NCBI RefSeq assembly: GCF_036321535.1
Contig: NC_087436.1
Location: forward strand, 103,976,001 to 104,040,000
Length of the DNA: 64,000 nucleotides
From: Camelus dromedarius
Lineage: Eukaryota
Direction: 5' to 3'
Shown here: one piece after another, positions 55,450 through 64,000 of the stretch
How the letters are laid out: every line of letters starts with the position of its first letter
How positions within the stretch are numbered: the first letter of the stretch is position 1
The notes under the pieces: generated by a model
Seen by the model: only the letters and a program-made list of their open reading frames with translations
Database searches by the model: none
Told to the model about the DNA's origin: nothing
Position numbers and translations under genes: made by a program

Positions 55450-56135
55450 CAGGGGTTGATGAACTATACAGTCTGACGTCATTTTTTCTGCAAACAAGTT
55501 TTATTGGAACACAGCATGCCCGTCAGTTCACCGACTATCTATGGCTGCTTGACACCTCAGTGGGAGAGCTGGGTAGACGCAACAGAGACCATATGGCCCA
55601 CAAAAATCCAAAATATTTACTAGCTGGCCTGTTCGTTTCCTAAGGCTGCTGTAACAAAGTACCAAAAACTGAATGGCTTAAAACAACAGAAATTTACTCT
55701 TTCACAGTTCTGGAGGCTGTAAGTCTGAAATCATGTATCAGTAGGGCCATTCCTTCTCAAAGGCTCTAGGAAAGAATATGGTCCATGCCTTTCTCTTGGC
55801 TTCTCATGTCACTAGCAATCCTTGTCATTTCTTGACTTGTAGCTGCATAACTCCAAACTCTGCCTCCACTGCCACATGATCTTCCATTCCCCTGTCTCTT
55901 GTCTTCCCACATGGTGTTGTCCTCCCTTATAAGGACACCAGTCATGTTGGATTAAGGACACACACTACTCCAGTATATGCTCATCTTAAATAACCACATC
56001 TGAAATAACTATTTCCAAATAAAGTCACTTTCTAAGGTACTGGGAGTTAAGATTTCAAAATATGTTTGCGGGGGGAGGGGGGACATACTTCATCCCATAA
56101 CTTGGCCCTTTACAGAAAAAGTCTGCCAACTCCTG
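55450..56135. mobile_element. MER58A-like hAT element split by an MLT1 LTR
   Basis: Inverted ends caggggtt / aactcctg and the motif aagttttattggaacacagc. The element resumes with tggccctttacagaaaaagt after the LTR. Confidence 0.8.
55630..56102 (-). mobile_element. MLT1-type MaLR solo LTR
   Basis: tttcctaaggctgctgtaacaaagtacc...cacagttctggaggct, with a 5-bp TSD tggcc (55625-55629 and 56103-56107). Confidence 0.85.
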
Positions 56136-56844
56136 ATTCAGAAGTTTTTTTTAATTTTTAAAAATTGAAGAGAAGTAGGTCCACAAGTGCTATGAAGAGT
56201 GAGGGATTTCAAAGAAAAGTGTGATTTTGTTTTAGATAAACTAAGTTGAAAACAAAAGTAAGAGCTCTCAAAAGATGTCAGGCAGAAAGCAGCATACTTA
56301 GGTCAGAATCTGGATTGGCTTAGAGATGGAGGAATCCAGAGTAACCTAAAAATGGATGAATGTTCTCAAGGTAAATGTTTTACACAGCAGGTCAAAAACT
56401 GATCTTCAGAGAATGTTACTGTTACATAACAACATGATTAGATAACAATGTGATGGGAAGATGTCACCATCACACAACATTAGACAATAATGTAGAAAAT
56501 AATGTAATTTGTACCATATAAACTAAAAGGGAAGCATCTCAACAGTGACAAATACAACAAAGAAGTTGAAGAGACATGAGAAATGATGAAGGAATTTGGT
56601 TAAAATGAGACCATAGTCAAATAAAGAAAACAACTTCTAGGCTCACACAGGCACCTCTTGTCTGTGTGGCCCACTGTTGTCTATGGCAGCATAATCTAAT
56701 AAACCCCTCTTCTATTCTCAAAGAAAAAAAAAAAGAAAGAAAGAAAAGAAAAGCAAACAAATTCTATGAAGAAAACTAAGAGGGACACCAGACCAGGGGT
56801 AAGATGAGAATGCTTGAGAAATAAAGCATTGTTTATCTGCACAG

Positions 56845-57332
56845 TGGGTACAGCAGATTACACTGGTGCCCCCAGTAAACCACATCTCCTGGCACTCATT
56901 CCCTTGTATAATCCTCTCACACAGACTCTGAGCTTGGCCAAATAACTTGCTTTAAGCCAATCTGACATCAACAGGCACTGGCAAGCAGGGACATGATAAG
57001 CACTTTCACATGGAAACTTGCTTTCTTCGAACACTGCCACCGGGAAGCCAGCTGCCATGCTGTAAGGAAGCTTGAGCTAGACTCCTGAATGAGGAGAGGC
57101 CAAGTGGAGAGAGAGACTAAAGGAACAGAGGTCATGGGAGGTAGTCCCGCCTAGCAGAGTTTGCAGCTGAGCGCAACTGCCATAGTAACCTCAGGCCATA
57201 TCCAAGGGAACGGAAAAGGTACCCAGCAAAGTCCAGTCAATCTAGAGAATCAGGAGAAATAACAAACTGTTGTCATTTTTAAGCCACTAAATTTTGGGGC
57301 GGTTTGTAAAGCAGCAAAAGGTAACTGACACA
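56845..57332 (+). mobile_element. MLT1-type MaLR solo LTR
   Basis: Ends ttttaagccactaaattttgggg...gcagcaaaaggtaactgacaca. Confidence 0.75.
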
Positions 57333-57576
57333 GTAAGAATAAGATTTATGTTTAAGAAACCCAAGTACATGAGACTGAGGATTCTTACAAAACTGGGAAG
57401 ACTTTACAGACGTGAAAAAAAAATGTAAATACAAAGAATAAAATTAAAATGTAAAGAGAAAATCTAAAGATGTTGAAGACGAAGGAGCTGAATCACATGA
57501 GAAACAATGGGAAAATTTAAGATTAAAAACTCATTCTGTTTCAAGAGAATACCAGAGAAAAACTGACTCCACCTAC

Positions 57577-57707
57577 TTCATCACTTTCATCCACTTCAAT
57601 TCCACCATCTTTGTCATCATCCATTTGTTTATGTATTGTTTGAAGAGCTTCCAGACTAAATCTATCTTCTTCTGTGAAGCATGGTGGACTTAGTGACATG
57701 CAGGGAT
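57577..57707 (-). CDS. STIM2: STIM2 coding exon (probably exon 2): two luminal Cys and the canonical EF-hand
   Basis: Translates (D)PCMSLSPPCFTEEDRFSLEALQTIHKQMDDDKDGGIEVDESDE, which I recognise as STIM2. Acceptor ttctgtttcag and donor gtaggt flank it. It is 131 nt, phase 1 in and phase 0 out. Confidence 0.97.
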
Positions 57708-59669
57708 CTGAAACAGAACAAAGGCCAGTTACTAACTTGCCATCCCAAAACACAGGCTACAGTTAAGAGAATATAATTTAAAACAAAACCAACAAATTAA
57801 ATTTCAGACTAAGTCAAATTAAAGAGGCTTTAAAAAGTCTAGTCTAGCATTCTTCATATCACAAGTGTAACATATAAACACACTAAAAATAAATAATTCA
57901 ATTTAATTGCTATTAGTCAACTACAACTAGCACTAAATTCATTTTGTCTACATTTTTTTCACATTTTTAACCATTTTCTTCTTATCCAACTTACTATATT
58001 TATAAATGATTCTCCCCCCCAAATATAAACTTCCTCCTTAAAAAAACAAAACTAAACGAAAAATCAGAGTACAGGGTGCTATTTTTGTATAATCTAGTTT
58101 AATTAAATTGTAAGTCCTAGGGAAACATCACAAAGAATATAAGAAAAATAAATGTAGAATATTCACATGATCCTTAGAAACTTTTTTTCATTTTTCTATC
58201 TTAACAGAATCCAAGAGTCCATCCACATGACTTTTTAAAATACATAACTTCTTAGATTCAACAAGGAAAAACTGAATTTTCTAAAATCTTATTCTTCATG
58301 TTTTCCTTAACATATATTTACTGGCTAAACCTCTTCCAATGGGGAATCCTCACATTCAGGTTGTCAAAAATCAACAATTTAGAGAGTATGAGGTTTTTCA
58401 TGGCTTCAAATAAGATTAGTAAGAATTACCTCCTGTTGACTCAACTAGTAAACAAACAGCCTATATATCAAAATGGAAAAGTACTGTCAAAACTTCACTC
58501 AATACTCAATCTGGCTGACTGGTGGGTTGACAAATTCCAGGAACCAACTTCTGTTCTACCAGGTCACTAAAATCATATACTTTTAAAATGTCATCACATC
58601 CACATGTATTTCTAGGAACAGTATGGTCTTAAAGTTTAAAGTGGTTATTAGTATAATAAAAGGGCTAGCCATAGTTTGGTTATCTCCTCAACAACAGTTA
58701 AAAATCTAGTTTATCATTTGGTCCTGTATGAACTGACTGACAAATAACTGGCCCTGGTGTCTTAGCTACCACCCCTCTAAAGTCAAGCAAGCAGACTAGA
58801 TGTTTACAAAGCTCTACTGCAGCTATAATGGCCCGAGAATATCTAATTCTGTACTTATGGAAAAAAATTGCAAGAAAAGAAGACAGTCCTGGAGACCAAC
58901 TAATAATTTTCTAAAAAAACAATTTAAGCTTATATTACCTACATGTTCTACTTATAGCCCAGTTTGTCAATTTAACATTTTTAATTCAAAACATATTTTT
59001 AATTACTCTAGTCTTAGAAGAGAAGGAAACGGAAAAGGAAACTCTAAAAAAATGGAAAATGAAATTATAAGTTACATGACATAAATATGTGTATACATAA
59101 ATATTTAAAACTCTGATCAAGACTTGCTAAAATCAAAAAACTTAATAAGCATAATGGTCAATTATGAGCCCTAATACATAAAACATCCAGAACCCTTATA
59201 TGCCTAAGAGTTACTTTACATGGATGCAAAGTAAAATATAAGCTCTCAGGCATTACAACAACATACGGTATAAAACGATCTGTGTACAACGTCTTACTGC
59301 CTCCAGCAGACCTAATTTTTTCCACATATTTTATTTTGCTAATAAACCTAAGCAGTGAAAGTATTATTACAACCAGTATATAAGGAAAGGGTCAGCATCA
59401 CTCACTGACTGAATAGGCTTTGCTGTCAAACTCTAAGAGAAGTCAACAGTGAGGACTGTAGAAACCTTATAAAGTCCTATAAAAAAAATTAGAAGAAACA
59501 TATGACTGGGGAAAGAAAAACTCATATAAAAACAAAACTGGTATTTATTTACTTAAGTGAACTTAATAACTCACTATCTTTCAGAGTCTACTTCAGCATG
59601 TGACTTCTTCATGAAGTATTTCATAAATATTAACTCCTAGTGAGTACTTCTTTCCCTGAACACCATTCC

Positions 59670-59880
59670 ATCCATTCAACAAATATCTAATGAGCACCCA
59701 ACATGTGTCAGGCCCTAGAAATACCATAGTGAACAAAAGAGATAAGAATTCCTCATAATACTTACAATCCAGTGGAAGAGATGAGCATAACAAGATAAGT
59801 AAGTAAAAGGCACAGCATGTTAGGAGTGGTAAATACTAAGGAAAAACAGAGCAAAGAGCAGACAATAAAATTCCCAGGGA
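59670..59880 (+). mobile_element. L2 3' fragment
   Basis: cattcaacaaatatctaatgagcacc...tgtcaggc...agtgaacaaaagagataa. Confidence 0.65.
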
Positions 59881-61861
59881 TTTGGAGTTTTCAACTGCAT
59901 CTTTATTCTCAAATCATTCTTTAATGTTGTACTTTTGTCGCTTTGTGCATACAACTAAACTTACAAACAGGGACCAAGTCCTTCCATTTCTCACATATTC
60001 ATAATACCCAGGACTTAGCTGGGCACATTCTGGACCTCTGATAAACTGTTACTTCATACATTAACTAAATCACAAAGTTCTAGGCTTCTGTACTATGCAA
60101 ACCAGTGACAGGCATTAGAAATCAAAGAGGTAATAAGAGTATCCTGTACTCAAAAAAGTTCACAGTCTAGGGAGGAAGAAGGCATGCTGTTGGGTTAGGA
60201 CCACAGATCCTACAATGAGAACATTAACTGTTATTAATGTGCTATGAGAGTGTTATGAGAGCACGGAGAAAGGGCACCTAATCCAGATTGGGAAAGAAAA
60301 GTCAGAAGTTTTCTAGAGGTAATCTTGGGGAATTTTAAAGGAACTATACTTGATGATCTTGGGAAGAAGAGAAAAGCATGCCTGGAAAAAGACACATCAT
60401 ATGTTCAATGGCATGAAAAGAACATGAGACACTCAGAGAAATGAAGTTAGTTAATATGTCTGGAGTACAGACAACATGTGGGAAAAAAAAAAAACAGATC
60501 AGGTAGGAGATTGGTAAGGAAGGGTCAGATCTCTAAAAGTGGTTTTCCATACTAAGGAATGTGGATTTTTAACCCTGAAAACTATGAGTAGCCCATAAGG
60601 GATTTCAAGGAGAGGATCAACAGAATCAGATTCCTTATAGAAAGATCATTCCAGTGACGGTGGAAAATAGGATGGAGGCAAGACTGCAAGGCACAGCTGT
60701 CAGGAAGTGCTTCAGGAATCCTGGCAGCACTCACAGTCCCTGTCCCCAGGGAATGGAGGAGGGAGATGATGAAGAGGCTCTAAGGTTTGGGGTTTGGCTG
60801 AGCTGGAGCAGCAAAAGGAAAGGAAAGGAGTTGAGGACATGGCAAGGGTGATCCATTTCTACACACAAAATTTTATTTCCTTTTGGTATAGTGACTTAAG
60901 GCCTAGAAATTTAACAGAATAGTGAGTTCTGATCTCCATTACCTGTTCTAAAGTCTTTTTCATTTTTTCTCAGTTGTCTCCCTTCTAGGTTAATTCAGCA
61001 CAAATGATCATTTTAACTCAAAGTGGCTGATGCACATTTCTGTTAAAATATACAAACTGTTATAAAAGATCTGTGCATATTATGAATCAGGTATAATGGT
61101 TTCAAAGACAAATGCTAAAATACCAGAATTAATCTCCTTTGCCAATATCTTATAGACATCTTCCTTGGCTACCCAAAACACACCAATGCGCGTCATATAT
61201 ACCATAGTCAGAACATGTTTTTCATCTAAATGGAATTCCCTTGTTCATTTAAACAAGATATGGAGGGCCTGTCATGTGCCAGGCCCCGTGCTTGGCGCTG
61301 GGCATCCAATGTAACAACTAAGACAAGGTACCTCCTCTCAGTGCCCTCACCCTGTGTTAAATGCAACACGGTGTGATGTATCTTTTTAGCATTATTACAC
61401 TGAGCATTCCTTTCTTTCCTCTGCATCAAGACCAGCAAGCACATTCCACTGAGAAAAACAGAATCAGCTGAAACAGAATAAGACTTAACCAAAGTCAGTG
61501 ATCAACACCATTGTTAAGTTCTACCTCCTCTACTCAAAGCCACTCAATCTGATTCTGCAGAAATAGTTAATGAATTAAAATGATTTCACCTAATAAGAAA
61601 CAGCTAATTTATTCTAGAAGCTAATGCTATTTTATGTACATAATGTAATCCCTACAACCCTGTGTGAGGCACGTATTATCTCCATTCTTCAATGAGCAAA
61701 TGAGACGTATGAGTAACTTGCTTAAGACCACACTCCTAGAAATGACAGAGCTGGGATTCACATCAGTCTTGAAGATTCCAATTCATGTTTGAGTATCATT
61801 ATAATGAACATAAATGGGTCAGTGTCACCAGTGTCAGTTAACAAAATAATGATGACAACAA

Positions 61862-61935
61862 CCCCAGCACCTCCTCTAAAAATAAATAAATAAATCTAAC
61901 TACCTTCCCCCCAAAAGAATAATTAATTTTTTTTA
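61862..61935 (+). mobile_element. 3' half of a vic-1-like SINE
   Basis: ccccagcacctcc...aaataaataaataaatctaactaccttcccccc matches the tails of the two full copies. The tRNA head is absent. Confidence 0.75.
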
Positions 61936-62358
61936 AAAAGTGGGTGATGGCCCAATTCCTGAGAATCCCAGTCTCTTCCCCAAAGTGGTTGGAATAATCC
62001 TCCCACTTATTAGCATATTGTTACCATGCCCATTAAAAACTAACAACCCCGTACCTCTCACACCTTCTGAGATGGCCCATACTCTGTCTGTGGAGTATGT
62101 ATCTACTTTTACTTTAAACTAAACACACACACATCACCAGTGCCTCATGGCCTCTCTGGCCTTCTTAGACAGCCTACACTCAGCCTATGAAGTGTGCATC
62201 TTTCTGAATAAATCTACTTTTTCTCAAGTATGACTCACTCTTGAATTCTTTCCTGCGTGAATGAAGCCAAGGACCCTCACTTGGCAGGGCGCGTCCCAGG
62301 GACTCGCCTGGGACCTGGAACACGGCCATCTTCTCATAGCACTCATTTTCCTGCATCA
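61936..62358 (+). mobile_element. 5'-truncated solo LTR related to the nested LTR at 31883-32514
   Basis: Shares aattcctg.gaatcccag, ccacttattagcatat, ctcttgaattctttcctgcg and the terminus cctgcatca. Confidence 0.88.
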
Positions 62359-63369
62359 CTAATCAATAACTGCCTGACTGACTTTTACATGCAAGCAATT
62401 ACATTTTTGGTGGTATCAGGAAAGAGAAATTAGATTTTAATAAGTGGGGTTAGAAAAAGAGAAAAAAGAACAAACCCAAAGAGGAAATATGATGAGCTCT
62501 AGGACCCACAAAGAGCAGTTTGACTAGCAGACTGGTTCTCAGTTGAGAGTGCTACTTAGTGCTCCTCCCTGCTCACCTACCCCCAGCTCACCTCTCCTCC
62601 CATCTGCCGCCAGCATTCAGTGGAGGGGTGGGGAGGCCAAGGATGTTAAGTAAGCACAAGGCACAGGCCAGTCCCACATAACACACAACTGTCCTGGCTG
62701 GCCAACAGTACTCCCCAGAGGGAGGAAGAAAACACAAGCAATTCATGGGTGGAGGAGCAGCAGGATGTGAACCTGGAAAGATGGCTTGGAGCTCTCAGTC
62801 AGTGAATGACAATGAACCAACAAACAAGAGTCTAAAAGAAGCCACTGTTCATGTTTAAGGGAATGTGACTTGATAGCAACTGTAACAGAAATCACAACTT
62901 ATATTTTATGTAGTGCTTTCAAGTTCAAAATAAGCTTTTCCACATAGTTTTATTTTAATCTAGAGCAGAAACTATAGTCTCAGTTTACATGCCTATTACC
63001 AACAAATGCCTATTCCAATAGTCCAGGCAGGAAGTAACAACATAAACTACAATGACGGAAGTGAGGATAGAAAGAAAAGGTTAGGCTGAAGTGACAACTG
63101 AAGATGGTGAGAGAAAGCAGAAGAATATGACTGACATTTCAGGACTAAGAGTCTAGGTAAAACAAAGGTACACTTCTCTTCTATTTGGCTGAGTGAGACC
63201 AAACAACACAGAGTTGCGGAACGTGTCAAATGTGATTCCATTAAGCCTTTACTAGACACATAACTATTTATGTGATATTCTGTATTTTGTTGTCTAGTCA
63301 ATTGGTACATGCAGGGAATACAATTCAGAAAGCTAAGAAAATAAGAGGTTAAGAAATAAATGAAGCTGG

Positions 63370-63600
63370 TATCTACAAAACAGAAACAGACTCACAGACA
63401 TAGAGAACAAATTTATGGTTACCAGTGGGTAAAGGGGATAGGAAGGGATAAAATGCAAATTTGAAATTTGCATCTCTTGGGGAGTGATGGAAGTTTTAGC
63501 TATCTAGATTGTGGTGGTGGTTTCACTGGTGTATACGTCTATCAAAATTCATCAAATTGTACATCTGAAATATGTGTAGTTTACTGCATAGGAATCAATT
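63370..63600 (+). mobile_element. L1 3'UTR fragments
   Basis: aaacagaaacagactcacagacatagagaacaaa... is followed by the older-type gattgtggtggtggtttcac...tcaaattgtaca. Confidence 0.7.
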
Positions 63601-64000
63601 AGAGGTGTTTAAAAAAAAACCATTGACTAATGCAAAAAAACAAATGAAGCTGAAAAAGTAAATCCAGTCATTAAAGCTAGTTCCTTCCTATAATATCATT
63701 AAGATCAGCAAATTATATGCAGAAAAGAACAACTAAGGAGAGTGAGCTGACTTTTAATCACAAACGAGTGACTGTAGCCCATTAACAATGTGCACATCAT
63801 ATACTGCCAAGAACTTGGCTTACCCTACTGGCAGCTACTTATGAGTCTCATGATTAGGATTTTCTTAATACTACCATTGAGAGAGAAGTTTTAAATAAAT
63901 ATTGTTTGTACTTAGTACTTCCATTAATAGCTCAAGCATTTATCAAATCAAATACTTCAATCTGAATATTCTGAGTAAACTTTCTCGAAAATCTTCAGAG

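Larger units (their letters stand above)
17316..57576 (-). other. STIM2: STIM2 intron (40,261 bp, GT-AG, phase 0)
   Basis: Bounded by the two exons above. The spliced peptide ...ESDE|FIRED... is contiguous STIM2 sequence. Confidence 0.93.

Noticed and set aside
57586..57621. EF-hand loop DDDKDGGIEVDE as an unusual variant
   Set aside because: The coordinating positions are intact. The differences from human STIM2 as I recall it are conservative, and I cannot verify them here.
57541..57753. 70-aa ORF as a standalone gene
   Set aside because: Only 57577-57707 is exon. The rest is intron read-through beyond clear splice sites.

Overview
AT-rich mammalian genomic DNA, probably camelid, because it carries tRNA-Ala-derived vic-1-type SINEs. 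The whole window lies inside STIM2 on the minus strand. Two coding exons are present, 57577-57707 (131 nt) and 17201-17315 (115 nt). They have canonical AG/GT sites, join in frame and encode the luminal EF-hand region. The rest is intron and dense in transposable elements. The largest element is an 8.35-kb decayed class I (gamma-like) endogenous retrovirus at 29272-37620, with two LTRs, a 4-bp TSD, a tRNA-Leu primer binding site, gag/pro/pol/env remnants and a younger solo LTR nested in pro. Also present are a young 5'-truncated L1, a twin-primed 5'-inverted L1 with a doubled 3' end, a TSD-flanked 5'-only L1, and many old MIR, L2, MLT1 and MER copies. I found no intact novel gene or new functional system. 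The most unusual signals are the ERV itself and several repair or retrotransposition scars, including a 37-nt templated copy of a TE junction lying 2 kb away. Subfamily names and the boundaries of old repeats were recognised by eye and are approximate.
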